64,000 bases of DNA from Actinomycetota bacterium (GTDB lineage Bacteria; Actinomycetota; AC-67), in contig JBBDRM010000085.1 in NCBI GenBank assembly GCA_040905475.1, positions 3,959 through 67,958 on the forward strand, given 5' to 3'. How positions within the stretch are numbered: position 1 is the stretch's first letter; each line of letters opens with the position of its first letter. Both the position numbers and the translations under genes were made by a program. Under the pieces are notes generated by a model. It searched no databases. It had not been told where the DNA came from and saw only the letters and a list, made by a program, of their open reading frames with translations. Of this stretch, positions 38,358 through 47,680 are shown one piece after another.

Positions 38358-38818
38358 AGCGAGGCGGATACCATCGCGAGCCGCTCGAGGCTCTTCTCCA
38401 TCTTGCGGGCCACCTCGCGGTTGCCCGCGTAGCGCCTCACGAGGCCGCGAACGTGCCCGGCAGGCTCCTGCTGCGAGACCAGGCGCACCAGCGTGCCACC
38501 GCCTTCCGCCTCCAGCCACACGGAGAAGATCGTCTCCGAAGCGAACCGGGGCGCCGGCTTGCCGTTCAGGCGTTCGGCCTCGTGCTTCCATGAAAGCAGG
38601 CGGCCGGGCTCGTACGCGGTCACGACCTGATCGATCTCGGACCGCTTCGCTCCCCACCGTCCGGCGATGCGCTGGCGGCGACCGATCCCGGCGCCTTCGA
38701 GAACCTCTGCCCGCTCGCAGAAGGCGAACCACATCGGCATGCGCCGGACGTCCTCGACGATCGCCCAAACCGCGTCCGGCCGGGCAGGGACCACCGCTTC
38801 TCGCTCGATCTCGATCAC
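38354..38818 (-). CDS. SRPBCC (polyketide cyclase / START-like) family protein.
   Basis: GTG start (VIEIEREAVVPARPDAVWAIVED...). About 154 aa, typical for SRPBCC. Confidence 0.5.
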   Translation of the reverse strand: MIEIEREAVVPARPDAVWAIVEDVRRMPMWFAFCERAEVLEGAGIGRRQRIAGRWGAKRSEIDQVVTAYEPGRLLSWKHEAERLNGKPAPRFASETIFSVWLEAEGGGTLVRLVSQQEPAGHVRGLVRRYAGNREVARKMEKSLERLAMVSASL

Positions 38819-38925
38819 GCGCCCTCCCGGTCGTCGTCTTGTCACGATAGTCCCATCGAAAGCGGCCTTCCCGGAAGCTCCCCGAACCCGGACGGTCCGC
38901 CGGCCGTATCCTTGGCCGGGGATCA

Positions 38926-39456
38926 ATGGAGCCGCAAGTGTTCGCCCTCGATGGGGAAGCCGGGGTCCGCGCCGCGTACCGGGCGCACGGCGCCGAGCTC
39001 TTCGGGTTCGCGCTGCGCGCGCTGAGGGATCCGGGGCTCGCCGAGGAGGCCGTGCAGGAGACGTTCCTGCGGGCGTGGCGAGCCGCCGATCGGTTCGACC
39101 CCGAGATCGCACCGCTGCGCGCCTGGCTGTACTCGATCATCCGCAACGTGGTGGTCGACCTCACCAGAGCGCGCGCGGCACGGCCGCAGATCGTGCAAAG
39201 CCCGACGGTGGTCGACCTCCGCGAGTCGGAGGGCGACCCGTTCGACCGGGCACTCGTCGCGTGGCAGGTCGAGGAGGCGCTGCGCAAGCTCGGCGAGGAC
39301 CACCGGCGCGTGCTGATCGAGACGTACTACCGGGCCAGGCCGTACGCGGAGGTCGCGGCGGAGCTGGGGATCCCCGAGGGGACCGTAAAGAGCCGCGTGT
39401 ACTACGCGCTGCGAGCGCTGCGGCTCACGCTGGAGGAGATGGGGTGGCAGGGATGA
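38926..39456 (+). CDS. ECF-subfamily RNA polymerase sigma-70 factor.
   Basis: Region 2 (ETFLRAWR...RAWLYSIIRNVVVD) and region 4 (YAEVAAELGIPEGTVKSR). Confidence 0.8.
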   Translation: MEPQVFALDGEAGVRAAYRAHGAELFGFALRALRDPGLAEEAVQETFLRAWRAADRFDPEIAPLRAWLYSIIRNVVVDLTRARAARPQIVQSPTVVDLRESEGDPFDRALVAWQVEEALRKLGEDHRRVLIETYYRARPYAEVAAELGIPEGTVKSRVYYALRALRLTLEEMGWQG

Positions 39457-40121
39457 CGACCGAAGGGTGCCGGCCGTGGCGGGAATCGCTCGGCGCATAC
39501 GCGCTCGGCCATCTTCCGACGGACGAACGTACCGCTCTCGAGGCGCACGTCGACGGGTGTGCGGCGTGCGACGCGGAGCTCCGGGAGCTGCGGCCGGTCG
39601 CCGAGGCGTTGCCGGCGGCTGATCCCGCCCACCTGGGCGCGCGTCCGGCTCCGCCGGCCGACCTGGGCGAGCGCGTCGCGGCGAGGATCCGCGCCGAGCA
39701 CAGCTCGCGCGTGCGGCGCCGCTGGAAGATCGCAGTTGCGGGCGTCGCGGCCGCGGCAGTGCTCGTCGCGACGACGCTGACGGTGTCGGCGGTGCTCCGT
39801 GAGGACCGCCCCGACTACGAGGTGTTCCGGTTCCCGGTGCTGCCCGCCGGCGTGGAGGCGAAGGCCTACCTGTACCCGCCCAAGGAGGGGACGCCGGGCG
39901 TCGAGGTGTGGCTCGAAGTGGACGGCCTGGAGCCGGGCGCCCGATACGCGGTCTGGGTCGAGCGGCGTTCGACCGGCGAACGCGTCGGATGCGGGACCTT
40001 CCGCGCGGTGGACGGCGCCGCGCACATCGTCCTGCCTTCTGAGGTCGACCGCGGCGACACCGGAGCCGTCGGCGTCAGCACCGCCGAAGGCGAGTTCGTG
40101 ATGATCGCTCCCGTCACGTAG
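39453..40121 (+). CDS. Anti-sigma factor (zf-HC2 type) with a TM helix and an extracytoplasmic domain.
   Basis: ATGA overlap with the sigma gene. HxxxCxxC motif (EAHVDGCAACD). Single TM (IAVAGVAAAAVLVATTLTV). Confidence 0.65.
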   Translation: MTTEGCRPWRESLGAYALGHLPTDERTALEAHVDGCAACDAELRELRPVAEALPAADPAHLGARPAPPADLGERVAARIRAEHSSRVRRRWKIAVAGVAAAAVLVATTLTVSAVLREDRPDYEVFRFPVLPAGVEAKAYLYPPKEGTPGVEVWLEVDGLEPGARYAVWVERRSTGERVGCGTFRAVDGAAHIVLPSEVDRGDTGAVGVSTAEGEFVMIAPVT

Positions 40122-40132
40122 CCTTCGTCTGG

Positions 40133-41293
40133 ATGGATCTTCGCTACACCGACGAGCAGGAAGCGTTCCGGGCCGAGGTTCGCGCCTGGCTCCGCGCACA
40201 CGTTCCCAAGGAGCGTCTGCCGACCGTCGGCACCCGCGAAGGCTTCGACGCGCATCGCGCCTGGGAGCAGGAGCTCGGCCGCGCCGGGTACGGAGCTCTC
40301 CACTGGCCCGTGGAGTACGGCGGCCGCGGCGCCGACGTCGTGATGACGGCGATCTTCGAGGAGGAGTACGCGATCATCGAGGGTCCCCCGCGCATCACCG
40401 TTCTGGGACGCAACCTCATGGGCCCCACGCTGATGGTCCACGGGACGCCCGAGCAGAAGGACCGGTGGCTGTCGCGGATCCTGTCCGCCGACGACATCTG
40501 GTCGCAGGGTTTCTCCGAGCCCGACGCAGGAAGTGACCTCGCCGGGCTGAAGACGCGCGCCGTTCGCGACGGCGAAGACTTCATCGTCGACGGACAGAAG
40601 ATCTGGACCTCGTACGGAACGTTCTCCGACTGGATCTTCGCCCTCGTCCGGACCGATCCGGAAGCGCCACGCCACGCCGGCATCACGTTCCTCGCGATCG
40701 ACATGCGCTCCCCCGGCGTCGAGGCCCGGCCGCTGGTGCAGGTCGACGGCCGCGCCGGCTTCGCCGAGGTTTTCTTCACCGACGTTCGCGTGCCTGCGAC
40801 GCAGGTGATCGGCGAGGTCAACCGCGGCTGGGACGTCGCGATGGCGACCCTCGGCTTCGAGCGCGACGCCCCGTCCGCGCCCGCCGGCCGCTTCGAGCGC
40901 GACGTCGCCGAGCTGGGCTCGATCGCGCGGGCGCTGGGCCGCGATTCCGACGCAGGCGTCCGGGACACCATCGGGTCGCTGTACGCGCAGGCACTCGCGT
41001 ACCGGTGGCACACGATGCGCACGCTCACCCGGCTCGCGCGCGGCGAGCGGATCGGGCCCGAAGGCTCCGTGACGAAGGTGCTCTGGTCCGAGCTCGAGCG
41101 CGACACGTTCGCCGCCGGACGCGAGCTGCTCGGGCCGTACGGCGAGGTACTCTCGGACGAGGCCCCGCAGACGGACCCGCTCCGCTGGCATTCGAAGTAC
41201 TGGTTCTCGCGGGCCGCGACGATCTACGCCGGGACCAGCGAGATACAGCGCAACATCATCGCCGAGCGCGTGCTCGGCCTCCCTCGGAAGTAG
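40133..41293 (+). CDS. Acyl-CoA dehydrogenase (alpha-type subunit of a putative heteromeric ACAD).
   Basis: ACAD N-terminal, middle and C-terminal domains. Paralogous to 48631..49764. Confidence 0.8.
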   Translation: MDLRYTDEQEAFRAEVRAWLRAHVPKERLPTVGTREGFDAHRAWEQELGRAGYGALHWPVEYGGRGADVVMTAIFEEEYAIIEGPPRITVLGRNLMGPTLMVHGTPEQKDRWLSRILSADDIWSQGFSEPDAGSDLAGLKTRAVRDGEDFIVDGQKIWTSYGTFSDWIFALVRTDPEAPRHAGITFLAIDMRSPGVEARPLVQVDGRAGFAEVFFTDVRVPATQVIGEVNRGWDVAMATLGFERDAPSAPAGRFERDVAELGSIARALGRDSDAGVRDTIGSLYAQALAYRWHTMRTLTRLARGERIGPEGSVTKVLWSELERDTFAAGRELLGPYGEVLSDEAPQTDPLRWHSKYWFSRAATIYAGTSEIQRNIIAERVLGLPRK

Positions 41294-41298
41294 CCGCC

Positions 41299-42264
41299 GT
41301 GGATTTCGATTTCTCTCCCGAGCAGCTGGCCGTCCGCGACCTCGCGCGGGAGCTCTTCGAGAAGGAGTCGCCGCCGTCACGTCTGCGCGAGCTCTGGAGC
41401 GGTGCCGAGCGGGATCGATCGGTCTGGAAGGCGCTCGGCCAGGCGGGCCTGCTCGAGATCACGGACCCGGTCGACCTTGTGCTGGTGCTCGAGGAAGCGG
41501 GGCGCGCAGCGCTGCCCGAACCGATCGCGGAGACACTCGCGATCGCGGCGCCGGTCCTCGCCGAAGCCGGGAGCGATTGGGTCCCGCGCGTCGCGTCGGG
41601 TGAGGCGATCGTGGCCGTCCAGCTCGGCGGCGCGCCGTTCGTCGTCGACGCCGGCGACGCGGATCTGCTGCTGCTGGAGCGCGACGGCGAGCTCCACGCG
41701 CTTCCTCACGATGCGTTCACGGCGACCCCGGTCCAGTCCGACGACAAGGCTCGTCGTCTTTACGCGGTGAACGCGCACACCGGATCCGAGACGCGGATCG
41801 CGGGCGATGCCGGCGTCGCGCTCGATCGCGGAGCGGCAGCCGTGGCGGCGGTCCTCAACGGGATCTCGATGCGCATGCTCGAAATGACGCTGGAGCACGT
41901 CAAGACCCGAGAGCAGTTCGGGAAGCCGGTCGGCTCGTTCCAGGCGGTGAAGCACAAGCTGGCGAGCGCGCACGTGCGTGTGGAATCCGCGCGCGCGGCG
42001 GCCTGGTACGCCGCGTTCGCGATCGGAGCCGGGCTGCCCGACCGCTCGCTCGCGGCGTCGGTCGCCAAGGTCGTCGCCGCCGAGGCCGAGGCCATCGCGA
42101 ACGCTGAAGCGCTGCAGTGCCACGGCGGGATCGGTTTCACCTGGGAGCACGACCTGCACATGTGGATGAAGCGGGGGAAAGCGCTGGAAGCGTCCTTCGG
42201 CACCGCTGCCGAGCATCGCGCGCGCGTCGCGGCTCACGTTCTTTCGGAGCAGGCCGATGCCTGA
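41299..42264 (+). CDS. Acyl-CoA dehydrogenase family protein (beta-type partner subunit).
   Basis: GTG start 6 nt after the upstream stop. A shorter ACAD (321 aa) with the characteristic C-terminal FGKPVGSFQAVKHKLA motif. Confidence 0.7.
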   Translation: MDFDFSPEQLAVRDLARELFEKESPPSRLRELWSGAERDRSVWKALGQAGLLEITDPVDLVLVLEEAGRAALPEPIAETLAIAAPVLAEAGSDWVPRVASGEAIVAVQLGGAPFVVDAGDADLLLLERDGELHALPHDAFTATPVQSDDKARRLYAVNAHTGSETRIAGDAGVALDRGAAAVAAVLNGISMRMLEMTLEHVKTREQFGKPVGSFQAVKHKLASAHVRVESARAAAWYAAFAIGAGLPDRSLAASVAKVVAAEAEAIANAEALQCHGGIGFTWEHDLHMWMKRGKALEASFGTAAEHRARVAAHVLSEQADA

Positions 42265-43033
42265 GGCGCCTCCGTACCCGCCGGGCCGCTCGCTGCTCGA
42301 GGGCAAGACCGTGCTCGTCACCGCGGCCGCAGGAGCGGGCATCGGGTTCGCGACCGCGAAACGCTGCCTCGAGGAGGGCGCCCGCGTGGTCCTCTCCGAC
42401 AAGCACGAGCGGCGTCTGGTGGAGGCGTCCGATCGGCTGGCCGAACTCGGACGGGTCGCCTGCTCGATCCCTTGCGATGTCACATCACAGGACGATGTCG
42501 ACCGGTTGTTCCGCGGAGCCATCGAGGCGACCGGCGGGCTCGACGTCGTCGTGAACAACGCCGGGCTCGGCGGTACGAAGGACATCGCCGAGATGACCGA
42601 CGACGAATGGGCCGTCGTGATCGACATCTCTTTGAACGGAACCTTCCGGTGCACGCGAGCGGCGCTGCAGCACATGATCCCTCGGGGCGGCGGCGTGATC
42701 GTGAACCTCGGGTCGATCCTCGGCTGGCGAGCGCAGGCCGGACAGGGGCACTACGCGGCCGCGAAGGCCGGCGTCATGGCACTGACCCGAGCCGCCGCTA
42801 TGGAGGCAGCGCCGCACAACGTCCGCGTGAACTGCGTGGCGCCCTCGTTCGCGGAGACGCCGTTCCTGTCGAAAGTGGTCGCGGAGGAGACGCTGGCCGA
42901 GCTCCGCGCCCGCGAGGCGTTCGGCCGGGCGGCCGAGCCGTGGGAGGTCGCCAACGTGATCGTCTTCCTCGCGAGCGACTACTCCTCGTACATGACCGGA
43001 GAGGTCGTCTCGGTCAGCGCGCAACACCCCTAG
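42257..43033 (+). CDS. SDR-family oxidoreductase.
   Basis: Cofactor motif TAAAGAGIG. NAG motif. Y-x3-K (YAAAKAG). Confidence 0.8.
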   Translation: MPEAPPYPPGRSLLEGKTVLVTAAAGAGIGFATAKRCLEEGARVVLSDKHERRLVEASDRLAELGRVACSIPCDVTSQDDVDRLFRGAIEATGGLDVVVNNAGLGGTKDIAEMTDDEWAVVIDISLNGTFRCTRAALQHMIPRGGGVIVNLGSILGWRAQAGQGHYAAAKAGVMALTRAAAMEAAPHNVRVNCVAPSFAETPFLSKVVAEETLAELRAREAFGRAAEPWEVANVIVFLASDYSSYMTGEVVSVSAQHP

Positions 43034-43457
43034 CGGCGACCATCCCTCGGGCGGTGACCTTCCAGCCGCCGCCCGCCCTGCTCTCGATCAGATCACGATC
43101 CTCGAGCCTGTGTCGCGGGCCGTGCATCCGCATCTCTTCCGTATCTCGCGGCATCCACCAATGCGGCGTCACAGCGGCGATCTCGACGAGCATGAAGCGC
43201 TCCGCTTCCTCGAGCTCCGCGATCTCCTCGTCGGAGACCTCGCTGACGAGCGCAGCCGTGCCCGTGAACCGAGGCGCAACGTGGACGCGTTCGAAGTCGC
43301 CGGGAACGTAGTCCTCGGGGATAGGCCCCAGATATGCGACCGCGCGCCCGAACCTGCTGATCACAACGCAGCGCCCGCTGCGCTCCACCTCGTCGAGCAA
43401 CGCCGCCGCGTGGCGGCCCAACTCCCGACTCGTCACTCCTCGTGTTACGTCTCCCAT
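43014..43457 (-). CDS. Phd/YefM-like N-terminal domain fused to a putative winged-helix domain. Paralogue of 14619..15152.
   Basis: ELGRHAAALLDEVERSGRCVVISRFGRAVAYLGPIPE is a Phd/YefM-like fold. The C-terminal GGWKVTARGMVAARGV parallels GRRITKEGRAVAKAL in the paralogue. Confidence 0.45.
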   Translation of the reverse strand: MGDVTRGVTSRELGRHAAALLDEVERSGRCVVISRFGRAVAYLGPIPEDYVPGDFERVHVAPRFTGTAALVSEVSDEEIAELEEAERFMLVEIAAVTPHWWMPRDTEEMRMHGPRHRLEDRDLIESRAGGGWKVTARGMVAARGVAR

Positions 43458-43492
43458 GACTGCCTCCTGCGCGTGCCTGCCATGCCTGACGT

Positions 43493-43517
43493 GCCTGACA
43501 TGGCAGGCATGTCAGGC
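43493..43517. promoter_or_regulatory. Inverted repeat GCCTGACATG-N5-CATGTCAGGC, about 36 nt upstream of the Phd-like gene.
   Basis: Seen directly. It is flanked by direct repeats GTGCCTG[CA]CATG. Confidence 0.4.
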
Positions 43518-43581
43518 TCAGGATCGAGAGTACGTCGCGGGTGTGACAGCTACGCGCCGCGCCGAGCTCGGGTTGAAAAAC

Positions 43582-43595
43582 TAGAACGTGTTCTA
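43582..43595. promoter_or_regulatory. KstR-type (TetR-family) operator-like palindrome TAGAACGTGTTCTA.
   Basis: Exact match to the TnnAACnnGTTnnA palindrome reported for mycobacterial KstR. It lies 14 nt upstream of the ATG of the LLM oxidoreductase gene. Confidence 0.5.
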
Positions 43596-43608
43596 TAGGG
43601 TGAGGCGC

Positions 43609-44730
43609 ATGGAATTCGGCATCTTCTTGCAGGGCCATGTGGCCGCGCGGAGCCTCGCCAAAGACCCCAACTTCGAGCACACCTCGCTCATGAACGACGT
43701 CGCGCTCGCGAAAGCCGCCGACGATTCGGGGTTCAAGTACATCTGGGTCTCCGAGCACCACTTCCTCGACGAATATTCGCACACGTCGGCGTCCGAGGTT
43801 TTCCTCGCCTACCTGGCCGGCGTCACGCAGCGGATCCACCTCGGCTCGGCGATCTGGAACATCTCCCCCGCCGTCAACCATCCCATCCGGGTGGCAGAGC
43901 GCGTGGCGATGATGGATCACGTCTCCGACGGCCGGTTCGAGTTCGGCGTCGGGCGCGGAGCCGGTTCGCACGAGGTGACCGGCTTCATGATCGAGAGCAC
44001 CGACGCCACGAAAGCGATGTTCGAGGAGACGTTCAAGGAGTTCGCGAAGATGTGGCGCCAGAACGAGTACTCGTTCAAGGGCGACTACTTCGAGGTTCCC
44101 CCGCGCAATGTCCTGCCGAAGCCCTGGCGCAAGCCGCACCCACCGATCTGGCAGGCGGCCGGCAACCCGCCGACCTACGAGAAGGCCGCGCGGTCGGGCG
44201 TCGGCGCGATCGGGTTCAACTTCTCGGCGGCGAAGGCGATGGCGCCCGTGGTCGAGGCGTACAAGAAGGCGATCCCCCAAGCCGAGCCGATCGGGGACTA
44301 CGTCAACGACAACGTGATGATCACGAACTCGGTCGTGTGCCTCGAGGACGGCCGAAAGGCGCGCGAGGTCGCCGCCGGGATGGGGAGCGGCCGCCTCCAG
44401 AGCCTCGTCTTCCGCTACCACGACACGTTCCCGAAGCCCGAGCACGTCCCGGCCTGGCCGAAGACGCTCCCCGAGCCCGACCTCGAGCAGGTCGAGTGGC
44501 GGGTCAAAGAGGGCTACATGCTCTGCGGTGACCCGGACGAGGTGCTCGAGCAGGTGCGCAAGTACGAGAGCGTGGGCTGCGACCAGGTCGTGTTCGGGCT
44601 ACCGATCTCGATGCCGATCGAGGCCGCGATCGAAACGGTCCGTCTCTTCGGCAAGCACGTCATCCCGAAGCTCGACCCCGACCCGGTCCACCGCACCACG
44701 CGCTTCCGCGACGCAGCGGCCGGCGCCTAG
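43609..44730 (+). CDS. LLM-class (luciferase-like) flavin/F420-dependent oxidoreductase.
   Basis: Start MEFGIFLQG with an AGGGTGAGG RBS. LLM motifs throughout. The track start (GTG at 43588) lies inside the operator. Confidence 0.75.
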   Translation: MEFGIFLQGHVAARSLAKDPNFEHTSLMNDVALAKAADDSGFKYIWVSEHHFLDEYSHTSASEVFLAYLAGVTQRIHLGSAIWNISPAVNHPIRVAERVAMMDHVSDGRFEFGVGRGAGSHEVTGFMIESTDATKAMFEETFKEFAKMWRQNEYSFKGDYFEVPPRNVLPKPWRKPHPPIWQAAGNPPTYEKAARSGVGAIGFNFSAAKAMAPVVEAYKKAIPQAEPIGDYVNDNVMITNSVVCLEDGRKAREVAAGMGSGRLQSLVFRYHDTFPKPEHVPAWPKTLPEPDLEQVEWRVKEGYMLCGDPDEVLEQVRKYESVGCDQVVFGLPISMPIEAAIETVRLFGKHVIPKLDPDPVHRTTRFRDAAAGA

Positions 44731-44732
44731 CT

Positions 44733-46115
44733 CTACTTCGACGGCTTGATGTTCTGGTTGAACCGGAACAGGTTCTCCGGGTCGTACTGGGCCTTGATCT
44801 CCGCCAGCCGGTCGTAGTTCTCCTTGCCGTACGCGGCGACGATCCGGTCCTCGCCCTCGTTCCCGATGAAGTTCAGGTACACGCCCTCGGAAGCGAACGA
44901 TCTCATGTCCTTATTGAAGCCGCGCGCCCAGTTCCTCCAGAAGTCATCGTCCGCCGCGTCCGGCCAAACCGCGAACGGGTGGGTGAGCCACGGCGTCTTG
45001 CGGCGCGCCATCGGGGTCTCGTCCGGGGATACCCGAGCGACCGCGCCACCCCACGGGAAGAAAGCCAGCTGCGAAGGCGACGGCTTCATCTGACGGCCGT
45101 ACTCGACGAACTTGTCGATCGCCGCATCGGGGAACGAGTCGTGGTACGCGGCGGTCCAGTAGTTCCGGTGGCCCGGCGGATCGTCCAGCATCTTGTTGAA
45201 CTCGGAATAGGGCGCCGGCATCACGAGCTCGACGTCGCGGCTTCCGAACTCGAGGATCGAAGCCATCACTTTCCTGCCTTCTTCGGGGTCGCCGAACCAA
45301 ATGCCGAGCACGCCGGTCAAGATCGTGCCCTGAAGGTTTTCGGGGACGATCCCTTCCATGGGTGGGCCGGTCAGGAACACGCATCCGCCGCCCAGCTCGT
45401 CGGGAGCGTCCGCGGCGAAATCGCGGTAGTTGCGGATGACTTCCTCGGCCTTCTCGGGCGTGTACATCAGTAGCCCGACGAGGATCTCCGTCATGGGGTC
45501 CAGGCGGAACTCGAGCTGGGTAGCGACGCCGAAGTTGCCGCCGCCGCCGCGCAGCGCCCAGAACAGGTCGGGGTTCTCGTCGGCGCTCGCGCGAACCCGT
45601 GAGCCGTCCGCGGTGACGAGCTCGGCGGACACCAGCCGGTCACACGCCAGGCCCATCTTTCGCTCGGCCCAACCGGAGCCGCCGTTCAGGGTCAGACCGG
45701 CGACCCCCGTCGTCGAGACCCGGCCGCCGGTGGTTGCCAGGCCGTGCTCGGCGGTTGCCGCGTCCAGCTCGCCCCAGATCGCGCCGCCACCCACGCGCGC
45801 GACGCGCTTGTCGGGATCGACGACGACCTCGTTCAAGCCGCGGAGGTCGAGCAGGATCGCGTCGTCGGCGATCGACATGCCGGCCACACTGTGTCCGCCG
45901 TTGCGGACCGTGAGATCCACACCAGTGTCGCGCGCAAGGGCGATGACCGCGGCGACGTCGTCGGCGTCCGTGGCTTTGGCGATCAGGGCCGGCTTGCGAT
46001 CGATCATCGAGTTGAAGATGGCCCGGCTGTCGTCGTACGCGGCGTCGCCCGGGACGACCGTGGTGCCTTTGAACTTCTTGCCGAAGGCCTTGAGCGCTGC
46101 AGCGTCGATCGCCAT
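44733..46115 (-). CDS. FAD-linked oxidase (PCMH-type FAD-binding, BBE / 6-hydroxy-D-nicotine oxidase-like).
   Basis: FAD-binding domain motifs (RNGGHSVAG, GGGNFGV) and a C-terminal BBE-like region. Confidence 0.75.
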   Translation of the reverse strand: MAIDAAALKAFGKKFKGTTVVPGDAAYDDSRAIFNSMIDRKPALIAKATDADDVAAVIALARDTGVDLTVRNGGHSVAGMSIADDAILLDLRGLNEVVVDPDKRVARVGGGAIWGELDAATAEHGLATTGGRVSTTGVAGLTLNGGSGWAERKMGLACDRLVSAELVTADGSRVRASADENPDLFWALRGGGGNFGVATQLEFRLDPMTEILVGLLMYTPEKAEEVIRNYRDFAADAPDELGGGCVFLTGPPMEGIVPENLQGTILTGVLGIWFGDPEEGRKVMASILEFGSRDVELVMPAPYSEFNKMLDDPPGHRNYWTAAYHDSFPDAAIDKFVEYGRQMKPSPSQLAFFPWGGAVARVSPDETPMARRKTPWLTHPFAVWPDAADDDFWRNWARGFNKDMRSFASEGVYLNFIGNEGEDRIVAAYGKENYDRLAEIKAQYDPENLFRFNQNIKPSK

Positions 46116-46128
46116 CGAGATCCCCTCC

Positions 46129-47643
46129 TCAGAGCATCGTCCGGAGCGCCTTGCGGTCGATCTTTCCGACCGGCGTCAGCGGGACGGCCGGCACGATGTT
46201 CACCACCCGCGGGTACTTGTAGCCACCGATCTTGCCCTTGGTGAAGGCGATCAGCTCCTCCGGCGTCACCTCCGCCCCCGGGTTCAGCGAAACGAACGCG
46301 ACGACCTCCTCGCCGAGCTTGGGGTCCTTGCGCCCGACGACCCCGGCGAGCGCGACCGCCGGGTGCTCGAGGAGGCAATCCTCGACGTCGCGGGGGAAGA
46401 CGTTGAAGCCGCCCCGGATGATCAGGTCCTTCTTGCGGTCGACGATCTTCAGATAGCCGTCCTCGTCGAACGTGCCGATGTCTCCGGTGTAGAGCCAGCC
46501 GTCCTTCAGGGTCGAGGCCGTCGCCTCGGGCGCCTTCCAGTAGCCCTGCATGACCCCGGGCGAGCGCGTCGTCACCTCACCGGGCTCGCCCGGCGCCGAC
46601 GGGGACCCGTCGTCGTTGCGCAGCACGACCTCGTAGCCGGGGATCACCTTGCCGACGGTCCCGAGCTTGGGGGCGTCGGGCGGATTCACCGAGATCACCG
46701 CGCCCGACTCCGTGCAGCCGTATCCCTCGCAGATCTTGACACCCGGGACGCGCCGCAGGAACTCCGCCGCGATCTCGGGAGCGAGCGGGGCCGCGCCGGA
46801 GGTTAGGTATCGCAGGGACGACAGGTCGTACTCCTCGAGCGGCTGGCCGAGCAGGATCTGGATCATCGACGGCACGACCGTCCCGCGCTGCACCTTCATG
46901 TCCTGGCTGAGACGCAGCCACTCGACCGGATCGAACCACTTCATCAAGATGCCCTCGCCGGGCTCCACGCTGTGCAGCGAGACGACGCTCACGATGAGCC
47001 CGAACGAGTGCGACAGCGGCAGCGGCACGAGCACGCGCGCGACGCCGGGGACGAACGAGGCCTCGTTGGCGGACTTCCCGCAGTACCAGAGGTTCTCGTG
47101 CGAGAGCATCACACCTTTGGCGCGCCCGGTCGTGCCTCCCGTGTACATCAGCGCCGCGAGATCGGAGTCGTCGCGGAGCACGATCTCGCCGGGCGCGGCG
47201 TCCTCGAGGGATCCCAATGAGATCACGCCGTCCTGCTCGGGCCCGAGCGAGATGATCCACTTCAGCGTCGAGACGCCCTCGGCGGCTTTGCGCACGTTGT
47301 CGAGGAACTCGGGGGTCGTGACGATCGCGGTGGCTTCCGAGTCCTCGAGGATCCGCCGGACCTCGTCGGGCGGGAGAAGGAAGATCAGCGGGGTAATCGC
47401 GGCGCCGGCGCTCCATAGCCCGCCGTAGACGATCCCGACCTCGGGACAGTTCGCCATGAGGACGGCCACCCGATCGCCGGGCGCGATCCCGAGCTCCCTG
47501 AAGCCGGTGCTGAGCTTTCGGGAGCGCTCGAAGAACTCGCCGGAGCGGTACCACTTGCCCTCGAAGAACAGCGACTCGCGATCGCCGTGCCGCTCGAACG
47601 ACTGCTCGCCGAGACGCGCCAGATTGTGTTCGCCCTTGGCCAT
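46129..47643 (-). CDS. fadD: Long-chain fatty-acid-CoA ligase (AMP-binding).
   Basis: Start MAKGEH with an AAGGGGAGGG RBS. AMP-binding motifs YTGGTTGRAKGV and GYGCTE. Confidence 0.8.
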   Translation of the reverse strand: MAKGEHNLARLGEQSFERHGDRESLFFEGKWYRSGEFFERSRKLSTGFRELGIAPGDRVAVLMANCPEVGIVYGGLWSAGAAITPLIFLLPPDEVRRILEDSEATAIVTTPEFLDNVRKAAEGVSTLKWIISLGPEQDGVISLGSLEDAAPGEIVLRDDSDLAALMYTGGTTGRAKGVMLSHENLWYCGKSANEASFVPGVARVLVPLPLSHSFGLIVSVVSLHSVEPGEGILMKWFDPVEWLRLSQDMKVQRGTVVPSMIQILLGQPLEEYDLSSLRYLTSGAAPLAPEIAAEFLRRVPGVKICEGYGCTESGAVISVNPPDAPKLGTVGKVIPGYEVVLRNDDGSPSAPGEPGEVTTRSPGVMQGYWKAPEATASTLKDGWLYTGDIGTFDEDGYLKIVDRKKDLIIRGGFNVFPRDVEDCLLEHPAVALAGVVGRKDPKLGEEVVAFVSLNPGAEVTPEELIAFTKGKIGGYKYPRVVNIVPAVPLTPVGKIDRKALRTML

Positions 47644-47680
47644 GTGCGACCGCCCTCCCCTTGATCGAGGTAGGGACAGG

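Noticed and set aside
37086-39287. 733-aa minus-strand ORF spanning the Vgb-like, SRPBCC and sigma-factor genes.
   Set aside because: Antisense artefact. The sense-strand genes have signal peptides, sigma motifs and coupled starts.
39866-41380. 504-aa minus-strand ORF antisense to the acyl-CoA dehydrogenase gene.
   Set aside because: The sense-strand gene has full ACAD domain motifs. The antisense ORF is low-complexity and Arg/Pro-rich.
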